Shown here in pieces: positions 42,369 to 51,974 of a stretch of DNA of 64,000 nucleotides. The notes beneath the pieces were generated by a model, which worked only from the letters and a program-made list of their open reading frames with translations, was not told the origin of the DNA and did no database searches. Both the position numbers and the translations under genes were made by a program. This stretch comes from Eshraghiella crossota. GTDB taxonomy: Bacteria > Bacillota > Clostridia > Christensenellales > CAG-917. Position 1 is the stretch's first letter, and the number at the start of each line of letters is the position of its first letter. The stretch is from the NCBI GenBank assembly GCA_963590075.1, contig CAVANK010000001.1, positions 5,394 through 69,393 on the forward strand, read 5' to 3'.

Positions 42369-43248
42369 CGTCACCCTCCTCAAACACAATCGGCTCTTCC
42401 GACGTGCCTTCAACCGCAAATATGGTTATTTCACCAAACACTTCGTCTTGCTCGGCGCGAAGTCTGCCGTACTTCAACAATTCGAGCATTGCAAGGAACG
42501 TCGTCACGATGTCCCCCTTGTCGTAGTCCGGCTCGAATAAATCCGTAAATTTCATACGCCCTCGCACACTTATCATCAAGCGGATATTTTCCATCTGCTC
42601 GTGCACGGAAAAGCGGTCTTTGACGACTTTTTTGGGGATAATCTCTTTTTCGTGAATAGCGGCGTTTGCAAGCACTCTCGCATAGGCTTCGACAAGTTTC
42701 GGGAGCGAGAAATTGACGAGCGCAACACGGTAGTCCTTGTCCGTAAACACGGGCGCGCGGTAAAATCTGTTGACAGTCTCGATTTCACGCAACTTTTTGC
42801 TTTGCTCCACGAGCAAGGCGTATTCCTTGATCTTGTTGATAAGGAGCATACGCTCGTATTCGGGATCGTCTTCTGTGATTTCCTCGTCCTCTTTGGGAAG
42901 CGTGCGGATAGATTTAAGATACACAAGTTCTGCCGCCATCGTGATAAACTCGCCCGCGTAATCGAAGTCAAGCTCTTCCTTCGGCGTATTTTTGATGATT
43001 TGCACGTATTGGCTGGTAACTTCCGAAATGAAAATATCCTCGATCTCGATTTTCGCGCTCTTGATAAGCTCGTAAAGGAGCGGTATCGGTCCGTCAAAAT
43101 CACCGATATGGTATCTTATTTCGGGTTTGGCAATGACAAAATCGCCCTCGATAGTCTCGGGCTCAACGATCTCTGCGGCAAGGATTGCGTCGTCTTGCAA
43201 TACCTCGTCTTGCATTTCGTCTCGTGTCAAAATTTCGTCAGTCATCAA
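42355..43248 (-). CDS. scpA: segregation and condensation protein A
   Basis: 297 aa, kleisin pattern (FDGPIPLLYELIKSAKIEIEDIFISEVT). Confidence 0.9.
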   Translation of the reverse strand: MMTDEILTRDEMQDEVLQDDAILAAEIVEPETIEGDFVIAKPEIRYHIGDFDGPIPLLYELIKSAKIEIEDIFISEVTSQYVQIIKNTPKEELDFDYAGEFITMAAELVYLKSIRTLPKEDEEITEDDPEYERMLLINKIKEYALLVEQSKKLREIETVNRFYRAPVFTDKDYRVALVNFSLPKLVEAYARVLANAAIHEKEIIPKKVVKDRFSVHEQMENIRLMISVRGRMKFTDLFEPDYDKGDIVTTFLAMLELLKYGRLRAEQDEVFGEITIFAVEGTSEEPIVFEEGDDGKY

Positions 43249-43392
43249 AAATTATCCTTGCATAAATCAATACCCATAGATATTAACACACGCGCGCAAA
43301 AAAGTCAAAATAAATAATAAATAACGCCTTTTATATGCAAAGAAAGCGAGTTTTTACTCTCGCTTTCCTCGATTATTCGTTTTATATCGCTT

Positions 43393-44598
43393 TTATTTAG
43401 CAGTGTTCCACTCTTTTGCGATTTCGTTTATCGCGTCAAAGAAACTCATTCTTCCCGCGTCTTCGTTTGCAACGAGCACTGCCGTATCGACCACTTCACC
43501 GTTCTTTACAAGATACGCTTTGCCGACCGCATCGCCCTTTTTGACGGGTGCTTTTACACTTGACGGCAAATCGAATTTCACGTCGTACTTTGCAGTGTCT
43601 TCACGCGATACGAACCTCGTCAAATCTCTATCCGCGCACATGCCGATATCCGACTGTTTGCCGCCCGACACCGCGACTCTTACGCCGATATCTTCACCCG
43701 CTTTTAGCATGGTTTTGTTTGAAAAGTTTGCAAAAGCATAGTCAAACATATTGCTCACCGCGGCATTGCGCACTTTGGAACTATCAGCCCCGATGACCAC
43801 CGCAACAACGCGCATACCGTTCTTTTTCGCAGTTGCGCAAAGGCAGAATTTCGCCTCGCTCGTAAAGCCCGTTTTACCGCCGTCGCAACCCTCGTAGAAG
43901 CGCACGAGTTTGTTGGTGTTGGTGATAGTCGTAGTCCTTCCGTCGGGGTGCTTGTAATCTTCGAGCCACACGTGCGCATATTCAAAGAATACGGGATGTT
44001 TGATAAGCTCGCGGAACATTATAGATACGTCCCTTGCGCTCGAAAAACTCTCGGCGGCAGGAAGTCCCGTGCAATTTTTGAAAACGGTGTCCGTCATACC
44101 GAGTTGTTTTGCCTTGGCGTTCATTCTCGCGACGAAGCCCTCAACGCTTCCGTCGATATGCTCGGCAAGCGCAACGCAAGAATCGTTTGCGGACGCAACG
44201 ATGACCGTTTTGAGCAAATCACCCGCTTTGTGCGTGGTGCCCGCGTCCAAAAACACTTGCGATCCGCCCATACTTGCGGCGTTTTCACTCACTCGAACGT
44301 CGTCATCGAGCGAAAGGCGCCCGCCATCCACCTCTTCGAGCGTGAGCAACGCGGTCATAATCTTCACCATACTCGCAATAGGCAATCTTTCCTTCTCGTT
44401 GCGCGAATATAGCACCGTGCCCGTCGCAATGTCCACCAAAAAGCCCGATTTGCCAACGGTTTTGAAATCAACCGCCCCGTTTGCAATCTTCGTCTCGAAT
44501 ACCGACGATACGCACATCGTGCATATAAACGTCGCAATCAACACGACCACTGCCACGTAAGCGACTATTTTGTATTTATTGATTTTGAGATTTTGCAT
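43393..44598 (-). CDS. D-alanyl-D-alanine carboxypeptidase (S11, DacA/DacF-like)
   Basis: SxxK (SMVK), SxN (SAND), KTG. Has the C-terminal PBP5 beta-domain. Start trimmed to 44598 (GAGG RBS). Confidence 0.85.
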   Translation of the reverse strand: MQNLKINKYKIVAYVAVVVLIATFICTMCVSSVFETKIANGAVDFKTVGKSGFLVDIATGTVLYSRNEKERLPIASMVKIMTALLTLEEVDGGRLSLDDDVRVSENAASMGGSQVFLDAGTTHKAGDLLKTVIVASANDSCVALAEHIDGSVEGFVARMNAKAKQLGMTDTVFKNCTGLPAAESFSSARDVSIMFRELIKHPVFFEYAHVWLEDYKHPDGRTTTITNTNKLVRFYEGCDGGKTGFTSEAKFCLCATAKKNGMRVVAVVIGADSSKVRNAAVSNMFDYAFANFSNKTMLKAGEDIGVRVAVSGGKQSDIGMCADRDLTRFVSREDTAKYDVKFDLPSSVKAPVKKGDAVGKAYLVKNGEVVDTAVLVANEDAGRMSFFDAINEIAKEWNTAK

Positions 44599-44775
44599 AA
44601 TTACCTCACGCTTTTCTTTTAGCGTGCGGAACTTTGCAAAAATTATACCATCAATACCTTGCAACGCCAAAACGGCATTGACATAAAACCGCACCGAACT
44701 ATCTTACGTAGCACCTCCAACCGTCGTGGCGTAAAATATGATATGAATATGATTGAACCGATGCGGTATTTACGC

Positions 44776-45369
44776 TCAATACACCGTCACGATAATGACG
44801 CCGTATATAGAGCCAATCAGCACGAATAGGACAAAACTTATCCCGACGTTTATTCCGAAAAGTTTGAGTGTGTCCACAAAAGATGACTTTAGATTGCCAC
44901 TTATTGCGGTTTTAGAGCAATCGACGTTCATTACCGCAACCGTTGATAATATGAAGCAAACTAACGTGCAAATAAAGAACGGCGTATACGCAAACACGAG
45001 ATTTGCAATGCCGAGCGATCCGAACCTACCCACCAAAGCCGCCAAGTACCGTCCGAAGAAAAATCCGAGCAAAAAGACGGGAATTATTGACAAAAACACG
45101 GTTTTGTTGTTTATTCCCGACACCAAAATCACACCGTAACATCCGACAAGCGCAAGCGTTGAGAAGAAAAACACCCTTGCACCGCCCGTATCCGCGTCCT
45201 TTGGCAAAACTTCTTCGAATTCACCGCCCACCGCGCGCCACGCCGACACCGCTCCGACGATAATTCCCAAAACGAAAACTGTCAATGAGCAAATAACAAT
45301 CTTTTTATGCTTGCTCAAAAAACTTTTAAGTGCTGATTTGAAAGCGCATAAACGAGAGGAATTCGTCAT
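44776..45369 (-). CDS. spoIIM: stage II sporulation protein M-like polytopic membrane protein
   Basis: 197 aa, ~5 TM. The N-terminal helix pattern resembles SpoIIM and the neighbours are sporulation genes. The family call is tentative. Confidence 0.5.
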   Translation of the reverse strand: MTNSSRLCAFKSALKSFLSKHKKIVICSLTVFVLGIIVGAVSAWRAVGGEFEEVLPKDADTGGARVFFFSTLALVGCYGVILVSGINNKTVFLSIIPVFLLGFFFGRYLAALVGRFGSLGIANLVFAYTPFFICTLVCFILSTVAVMNVDCSKTAISGNLKSSFVDTLKLFGINVGISFVLFVLIGSIYGVIIVTVY

Positions 45370-45400
45370 ACTTTACTTATATTTTCATTTAGCGTCGTTT

Positions 45401-45817
45401 ATGACAAATAAAATCAAAATCAGATACCATACACCGCTTTTTGCCAAATATCATTCGCAAAAAGCGTATAAAATCGAACTCGTGAAAGAGAACGAAGTAA
45501 AAGCAAAAAAATATCTGTTGCAACTTGGGTTTCAACCCAATCTCAAAGGCTATCACCTTCTTGCAAGGCTCATCGGTTACGCCCTCGACGGTGAGGACGT
45601 TCTTCCGCTCAAATACGGCGGATACGTCAAACTGTCCCAAGATTTTGACGTTGACGTGCAAAGCATAGAAAAGGATATCCAAAACGCAATTTCGTCGGCG
45701 TGGCTACGAGGCGACGTGGATATTCTGTATAAAGAATTCGGTGAAACGCTTGACGAAAACAAGGGTAAACCCACCAACAAACAATTTGTTATGACCGCCC
45801 TCGAACGCATAAAATAA
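45401..45817 (+). CDS. Spo0A C-terminal (effector/DNA-binding) domain protein without a receiver domain
   Basis: 138 aa from the ATG at 45401. It aligns by eye to Spo0A_C (LKGY...SIEKDIQNAISSAWLRGDVDIL..FG....KGKPTNKQFVMTALERI). No SD seen. Confidence 0.7.
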   Translation: MTNKIKIRYHTPLFAKYHSQKAYKIELVKENEVKAKKYLLQLGFQPNLKGYHLLARLIGYALDGEDVLPLKYGGYVKLSQDFDVDVQSIEKDIQNAISSAWLRGDVDILYKEFGETLDENKGKPTNKQFVMTALERIK

Positions 45818-46090
45818 CCGTTTAGATTGCTTGTTATTGCATTTATATAATGATAATTGCGATGTAATAGCGATAATAGACGTGATAAAAAAGTTGCACC
45901 TTTGTTTGACGCATCAAAACAGCAATATACACAAAAAAATACATAAAAGTTGCGAGGGCAATTGCCCTCGCTATATCCACGCACGCAAAAGGTATATTTA
46001 TATACTTTTGCTTTCGGTTCACTCATTTTGAATTTGTATTTCATTAAAAATTTTTGATTTTTAACGATACTCCATCGATTTGCATTGAGA

Positions 46091-47266
46091 TTAGGCGGCT
46101 ATTTGCTCGTTTTCGACCTCGATATTTGCCGTAACGTTGTTTGCGTAATCGTACATAAATCTCGAATGGACGGCATATCCCCTCGTGGGATCTTGGATAA
46201 AAACGTGCGTAACGGCACCTATCAATATGCCGTTTTGCACGATCGGACTTCCACTCATACCTTGAACGATACCGCCCGTTTTTTCGAGCAATTCTTTATC
46301 TCTTACGAGTATAACCATACCTTTTTCCCCGACTTCGCTTTGTGAAACAACCTTTACTATGTCGATATCATAGAATTTTGGCATCGAGCCGTCAACGGTG
46401 GTGAGCACTTGCGCTTTGCCTATTTTTGCTTCGCCTTTGGTGGCAATTCTGTATAAATCCCCTTTAATTTCTCCCGAATACACGCCGTATAAGCCGATAT
46501 TGGTGTTTTCTTTTATCTCACCTACGCTTTTTGACAAGCGATTGACTTCCGCAACGAGTCCTCCCGCCTTGCCTTTTTCGCCCTTTATCACACCGCCGAC
46601 GGTCGCATTATAGATATTGCCCTGATTGAGTTCATCGCCCAATCCGCTTTCAGCATCGAGAATATGGTGTCCGAGAGCCGCAAAATGTCCGTCGCGGGTG
46701 ACGAAAGTCATAGTCCCCACGCCTCCGACGTCCTCTTTGAGCGCAAGACCGAGTTTATATTGTCCGAGATTGTCCTTTACGGCACTCACTTTGACGTCGA
46801 TAACATTATTTCCTCTCTTGACTTTCAAAAGAAAGGTCGGCGAATTTGCCTCATTCAATATATTTTTGAGTTTATATACGGATTTCGTTTGATTTCCGTT
46901 GACGCTCAAAATCACGTCACCTTTGCGAATATCGACGCGCGCGCTCGGAAAAACTTCTCCGTCTTTTGTCGATACGGCACATTTGTCAACCACGATAAGC
47001 CCGTCGGCGCTTATTGCAATGCCTATGGGATTTCCGCCTATATGCACGTAATTTCGTCCGTCGCTCGTGCATAACTCCAATTTCGGTTTTTCCGCTTTTT
47101 CTTGATTTTTGCTTGAAAAATCTTCAAATGTATTCTCATATTTTGCGTTTTTTATAGCACTTATATTGCAAATCACTGCACAAAACGTACAAAACAATAT
47201 TGACACTATCAAAACCGTCAATATCTTTTTGAAGATTATATTCAAATTCTTTTCGTCAGTTTGCAT
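46091..47266 (-). CDS. spoIVB: SpoIVB peptidase (S55)
   Basis: 391 aa. N-terminal TM, PDZ region, catalytic region with GTMTFV...AALGH and GMSGSPIVQNG. Confidence 0.9.
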   Translation of the reverse strand: MQTDEKNLNIIFKKILTVLIVSILFCTFCAVICNISAIKNAKYENTFEDFSSKNQEKAEKPKLELCTSDGRNYVHIGGNPIGIAISADGLIVVDKCAVSTKDGEVFPSARVDIRKGDVILSVNGNQTKSVYKLKNILNEANSPTFLLKVKRGNNVIDVKVSAVKDNLGQYKLGLALKEDVGGVGTMTFVTRDGHFAALGHHILDAESGLGDELNQGNIYNATVGGVIKGEKGKAGGLVAEVNRLSKSVGEIKENTNIGLYGVYSGEIKGDLYRIATKGEAKIGKAQVLTTVDGSMPKFYDIDIVKVVSQSEVGEKGMVILVRDKELLEKTGGIVQGMSGSPIVQNGILIGAVTHVFIQDPTRGYAVHSRFMYDYANNVTANIEVENEQIAA

Positions 47267-47315
47267 ACTTTTATCGTGTGCGCAAACGCGATAAATCGAG
47301 ATGTAAATTTATGTA

Positions 47316-47342
47316 AAAGAAAAAGCGGACTTCACCGCTTTC
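47316..47342 (-). terminator. rho-independent terminator downstream of the FAD-protein gene
   Basis: On the minus strand: AAGCGG-TGAAGT-CCGCTT followed by TTTTTCTTTT. Confidence 0.7.
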
Positions 47343-47406
47343 TCAAAAATTGTATTTGGTTTATAATCGAATTTTTTTGTCGGTCAAAATAAACCGTGTG
47401 CCACCC

Positions 47407-48816
47407 TTACTTTTCTTGTTCGAGGATATTGCGCGCCATATACACGCCCATAACGGAAGCCATCATAAGACCTCTCGTCCAACCGCTACTGTCGCCGAGG
47501 CAATGCAGACCGTGAATTGACGTGTTGAGATGCTCGTCCATCTTGATTTTGTTGCTGTAAAATTTGAGTTCGGGGCTATAAAGCAACGTCTCGTATCCCG
47601 CAAAACCGGGAACAACCTTGTCAACCGCTTGTATAAAGTTGATGATATTGAGCATTGCTCTATAAGGCATACCCGCCGTTATATCGCCCGCAACCGCGTC
47701 TTTGAGCGTGGGACGAACGTTGGAAAAACTGAGTTCGCGTTGCCAAGTGCGCTTGCCGTTGAGGATATCGCCGTATCTTTGCACCATAATCTTGCCTGCG
47801 CCGAGCATATTGGTGAGTTCACCAACCCTTTGAGCATACTCGATAGGTTGCTTAAACGGCTCGGTAAAGGAGTGCGAGCAAAGAATTGCAAGGTTGGTAT
47901 TGTCGCTCTTCTTTTCCTTGTAACTGTGTCCGTTGACGACTGCGAGGTCGTTGTCGTAGTTCTCTTGCGACACGAAACCGCCGGGGTTTTGGCAGAAAAT
48001 ACGCACTTTGTTCTTGAACGGCTCGGGATAACCGATGAGTTTGCTCTCGTAAAGCACGTCGTTGACTTCTTCCATAATCTCGTTGCGCACCTCAACGCGC
48101 ACGCCGATATCGACGACGCCGGGTGCATGTGCGATGTTATGCTCCGCACAAATCTTTTCAAGCCACTCCGCACCGCGTCTTCCCGTTGCGATAATAGTTC
48201 TGTCCGCAAGGATTTCTTCTTGATTTTCACCTTTGGAGTCTTCGATATACACGCCCTTGCACGTATCTCCGTCAAGTATGATATTGTCGCATTGCTTGCC
48301 GAAAATGAGATCTACGCCGTTATTGCGGAGATAATTCTCGATTGCAAGATACAAATCGTGCGCCTTTTCAGTGCCGAGGTGACGAATAGGACAATCCACG
48401 AGTTTGAGCCCCGCTTGGATTGCTTTTCTGCGGATATCCTTGACTTTATCCTCGTTGCCGAGACCTTCGATATGCTCGTCCGCGCCGAATTCAAGATAAA
48501 TGGTATCCGTATAATCGATAAGGCTTTGCGCAAGATCCGCGCCTATGAGTTGCGGAAGTTCACCGCCCACCTCGTAGGAAAGCGAAAGTTTGCCGTCGGA
48601 AAAAGCACCCGCGCCCGAAAAGCCCGTCGTGATGTGGCAATAAGGCTTGCAATTCTTGCACTCACTGCCAAAAGTCTTGGGACAAACGCGTTTTTCCACG
48701 GGTTGACCTTTCTCGATAATGCACATTTTCTTCTTGCTTCCGTTGCGAAGAAGTTCGATTGCGGTAAAGATACCTGCAGGACCTGCGCCGACGATACAAA
48801 TATCGTATTTTTTCAT
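47407..48816 (-). CDS. FAD-dependent protein (COG2509-like NAD(FAD)-utilising dehydrogenase)
   Basis: 469 aa, GAGPAG Rossmann motif, Cys-rich segment CPKTFGSECKNCKPYC. Confidence 0.8.
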   Translation of the reverse strand: MKKYDICIVGAGPAGIFTAIELLRNGSKKKMCIIEKGQPVEKRVCPKTFGSECKNCKPYCHITTGFSGAGAFSDGKLSLSYEVGGELPQLIGADLAQSLIDYTDTIYLEFGADEHIEGLGNEDKVKDIRRKAIQAGLKLVDCPIRHLGTEKAHDLYLAIENYLRNNGVDLIFGKQCDNIILDGDTCKGVYIEDSKGENQEEILADRTIIATGRRGAEWLEKICAEHNIAHAPGVVDIGVRVEVRNEIMEEVNDVLYESKLIGYPEPFKNKVRIFCQNPGGFVSQENYDNDLAVVNGHSYKEKKSDNTNLAILCSHSFTEPFKQPIEYAQRVGELTNMLGAGKIMVQRYGDILNGKRTWQRELSFSNVRPTLKDAVAGDITAGMPYRAMLNIINFIQAVDKVVPGFAGYETLLYSPELKFYSNKIKMDEHLNTSIHGLHCLGDSSGWTRGLMMASVMGVYMARNILEQEK

Positions 48817-49035
48817 TTAACACCTCTCGTGTCGTGATTAAAATAATTATATTATTTTAGCCGTATACTGTCAATCGCAAAAGTTTTGCACCCCCGCGAC
48901 CTATGGGATTATAATGCCAAACAGACAATCTGTCAACTCATTGCGACAAAGAAAAAAATTGTTTTTTACACAAAGTCGATTATTGTCAATTTTTGGAAGC
49001 GCGCACCATAAAATATACAACCGGAGGGGTTGTTA

Positions 49036-49731
49036 ATGGCTTTGGAAAGTTTGCTCGCGCTTTTGAAAAATCTCATCATATTTTCTTCCTACGTGACTGA
49101 AAAGAGTTCCTTTCCAAAGCCTCTCTCTAAGGAAAAAGAAAAAGAATATCTCGAAAAATCCGCCCAAGGCGACAAAGAAGCAAAGGAAATCCTCGTCAAG
49201 CACAATTTGCGACTAGTGGCGCATATCGCAAAGAAATATTCCAACTACGGAGACAACGACGAGCTTATATCAATCGGCTCAATCGGACTTATCAAGGCAA
49301 TCGAGAGTTTCAAGCCCGACAAAGGCACTCAACTTGCCACGTATGCGTCCCGTTGCATTGAAAACGAGATATTGATGACTATGCGCACAAGCAAAAAACA
49401 TCGCTCCAACGTCTCTCTCAACGAGCCGATAGGCGTCGATAAGGACGGCAACGAACTTGTCATTATGGATATGCTTTGCGACAATTGTTCCGTCATAGAG
49501 GACGTCGAAAACTCCATAATGATGGAAAAACTGCTTCGCATCACCAAAGCGATTTTGGACGAGCGCGAATATGAAATTATACGTCTTCGTTACGGTCTCG
49601 GCGGTTGCGGTGCGCTCACGCAACGAGAAGTGGCAAAAAAATTCGATATTTCCCGCTCTTACGTGTCGAGAATAGAGAAAAAAGCCCTTGAAAAAATCAA
49701 ACGCTCGGTCAATAAGGAAGATTTGATGTAA
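49036..49731 (+). CDS. sigK: RNA polymerase sporulation sigma factor SigK (pro-sigma-K), uninterrupted
   Basis: Pro-sequence plus SYV..K.SFPKPLS, HNLRLVAHIAKKY, ATYASRCIENEILM, ISRSYVSRIEKKAL. GGAGGGG RBS 6 nt before the ATG at 49036. Confidence 0.9.
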   Translation: MALESLLALLKNLIIFSSYVTEKSSFPKPLSKEKEKEYLEKSAQGDKEAKEILVKHNLRLVAHIAKKYSNYGDNDELISIGSIGLIKAIESFKPDKGTQLATYASRCIENEILMTMRTSKKHRSNVSLNEPIGVDKDGNELVIMDMLCDNCSVIEDVENSIMMEKLLRITKAILDEREYEIIRLRYGLGGCGALTQREVAKKFDISRSYVSRIEKKALEKIKRSVNKEDLM

Positions 49732-49784
49732 TCTCCCTTTGCCGAGCGCATAAATATATTGATACTTTTTCGTTTTACCGCATT

Positions 49785-51452
49785 TTATAAAATGCTCACC
49801 GACAGTGCACAGAACACCATAAGCGAGAGCGCGTCCACGATTGTCGTGATAAAGGGCGACGCAACGACGGCGGGATCGAGTTTTATCTTCTTTGCAATCA
49901 TAGGAAGCGTGCAACCTATGAGTTTTGCCATAATTACGGTGACGAACATCGACATGGCCACCACTGCGCTTCTTATAAACGTATAATCGGCGTATCCGAA
50001 GAGCAAATTGTCTATAAGTTGCAATTTCGCAAAGCACGCAACCGCAAGACACAATCCGAGCATTATCGACACTCGCATCTCTTTCCACAGCACTTTGAGG
50101 ATATCCTTTGTGCCGACTTCGGCAAGTGCTAGCGAGCGGATAATCGTGACGGAGGATTGCGAGCCCGCATTTCCGCCCGTATCCATAAGCATAGGCACGC
50201 ACGCCATCAAAACGGTGCTGATTGAGTTCAATCTTGCCTCGTATTTGTTGATGATAAGCCCCGTAAACGTTGCACTGACCATAAGCACCAAAAGCCACGG
50301 CAAGCGGTTTTTGAATATGGTAAACACGCTCGTTTTTAGGTACGGCTTGTCCGATGGTTTTGTTGCCGCGATTTTGGAGATATCCTCGGTATTTTCCGAT
50401 TGCAAAACGTCGATAGCGTCGTCTATCGTGACTATTCCGACAAGTCTCTTCTCGTCGTCAACGACCGGCATTGACAAAAATCCGTACTCGGACAACTTGC
50501 GCGCCGTGTCTTCTCTGTCGTCGAGCGTGTGCGCGTAGATGACGTTTTTGTGCATAATCTCGTCGATAGAGGCATCGTCGCGTGCAAGCAACAACTCTTT
50601 CATCGTCGTAACGCCGATAAGATGGTTGGTCTCGTCGGTGATATAGCACGTATAAATGGTCTCTTTGTCGATCGCCGTCACTCTGATTTTGTCAAAAGCG
50701 TCCGCAACCGTCAACTTTTGCGACAACGAAACAAACTCGGGCGTCATTATGCTTCCCGTGCTGTTTTGCGGATATTTCAAAATCTCGTTGACGTACTTCC
50801 TCGTTTGAGCGTCCGTTTGCGCAAGCAATCTTTTTACCACGGACGCGGGCATTTCCTCGATAAGATCGACGGTGTCGTCGATAAACATATCATCCATAAC
50901 GCCTTTAAGTTCCTTATCCGAGAACTTTGCGATCAAATCCGATTGAACATCCGACGACATCTCGACAAAAGCGTCTGCCGCCATATCTTTTTGCAACAAA
51001 CGGAACGCTACTATGCGCTCTTCACTGTCAAGATCCTCAAAAACTTCCGCAATATCAACGCAGTTCATATTGCAAAGCAACTCTTTGAGGCTCTTGAATC
51101 TCTTGTCGGATATCATCTTCTTGATTTCGTCGGTTTCCGCAACTCTGCTTGCAACTTCCGAAGGAAGATTGCCGATAATGTCAACCGTTTTTTCAACGGA
51201 AATGTTGTCCATTACGTCGGCAAGTTTGTTGTCGCGAAGCCCCGAAACGATAGTTTCTTGCTCGTCTGCAGTCATTTGAGGCAAAAGGGACGCAAGTCTG
51301 TCCTCGTCCATATCGGAACAAACGCGCAACAAATCGTTGTCGGCAAGTTCCGACAACACTGCAAGAGCTTCTTGATCGTCCGCTTGCGATAGCGCAAGCG
51401 CAAGTTCTTCGTACCTCTCGGCGCGAAGCAAAACGTCAAATTTCTTTTCCAT
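49785..51452 (-). CDS. mgtE: magnesium transporter MgtE
   Basis: 555 aa. MgtE N domain, tandem CBS, 5-TM C-terminal domain (PWLLVLMVSATFTG, DTGGNAGSQS). Confidence 0.92.
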   Translation of the reverse strand: MEKKFDVLLRAERYEELALALSQADDQEALAVLSELADNDLLRVCSDMDEDRLASLLPQMTADEQETIVSGLRDNKLADVMDNISVEKTVDIIGNLPSEVASRVAETDEIKKMISDKRFKSLKELLCNMNCVDIAEVFEDLDSEERIVAFRLLQKDMAADAFVEMSSDVQSDLIAKFSDKELKGVMDDMFIDDTVDLIEEMPASVVKRLLAQTDAQTRKYVNEILKYPQNSTGSIMTPEFVSLSQKLTVADAFDKIRVTAIDKETIYTCYITDETNHLIGVTTMKELLLARDDASIDEIMHKNVIYAHTLDDREDTARKLSEYGFLSMPVVDDEKRLVGIVTIDDAIDVLQSENTEDISKIAATKPSDKPYLKTSVFTIFKNRLPWLLVLMVSATFTGLIINKYEARLNSISTVLMACVPMLMDTGGNAGSQSSVTIIRSLALAEVGTKDILKVLWKEMRVSIMLGLCLAVACFAKLQLIDNLLFGYADYTFIRSAVVAMSMFVTVIMAKLIGCTLPMIAKKIKLDPAVVASPFITTIVDALSLMVFCALSVSIL

Positions 51453-51593
51453 TACAAAATTAAGTCAACAGACAAAATGACAATGGGAAAAAATCAGTAA
51501 ACGGCACAAGCCGTCTTAAGACTTCGGCCCGATAAATCATTGTCACCTATGTGATTATCCACGACTTGTACCTCCTTTAATTTTTACACTTCG

Positions 51594-51622
51594 ATTATAA
51601 TTTGCCGATTTGCACTTGTCAA
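51594..51622 (-). promoter_or_regulatory. perfect-consensus sigma-A promoter of the mgtE leader
   Basis: On the minus strand: TTGACA, 17 nt, TATAAT. ~140 nt upstream of the mgtE ATG. Confidence 0.7.
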
Positions 51623-51764
51623 CCAATCGAGCGATTTTGCAAAAATCTTAAATTTGCCGTTTGTCGCATATCGCATTTAAGACTCTGTTTTATCGTATTT
51701 GCAAAGCACAACCGCACTATGTCGGCATATCGTTTGTCGTCATTCGCACCCCTTTTTAAGGATA

Positions 51765-51797
51765 TGAAAAATCACGCGAAATGCGTGATTTTTCTTT
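51765..51797. terminator. bidirectional terminator hairpin between nrdR and the mgtE promoter
   Basis: AAAAATCACGC-GAAA-TGCGTGATTTTT, with A/T runs on both sides. Confidence 0.65.
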
Positions 51798-51974
51798 AGT
51801 ACTTCTACGTTTTATCTTTTGTGTTTTTATAAATTATCTTTTGCGTTTTCGCTTGATCGTGCCTTTTGCAAAGAATATATTCTCTTATGCAAAATGCTAT
51901 CGAGCGTCTTTTGTAAAAACCTTATATTTTGATTTTTCAACGGCTTATTAAGCATTTTCGACATTCTATCGAAC

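Noticed and set aside
49036-49731. Possible skin-like intervening element in sigK
   Set aside because: The ORF is continuous from the pro-sequence through region 4.2, so no interruption is present.
51453-51600. M-box (ykoK) Mg2+ riboswitch upstream of mgtE
   Set aside because: An M-box is expected from context, but I found only a CATAGGTGA-like fragment of its conserved blocks and the leader (~140 nt) is too short. The region is reported instead as an unexplained leader, and a covariance-model scan is needed.
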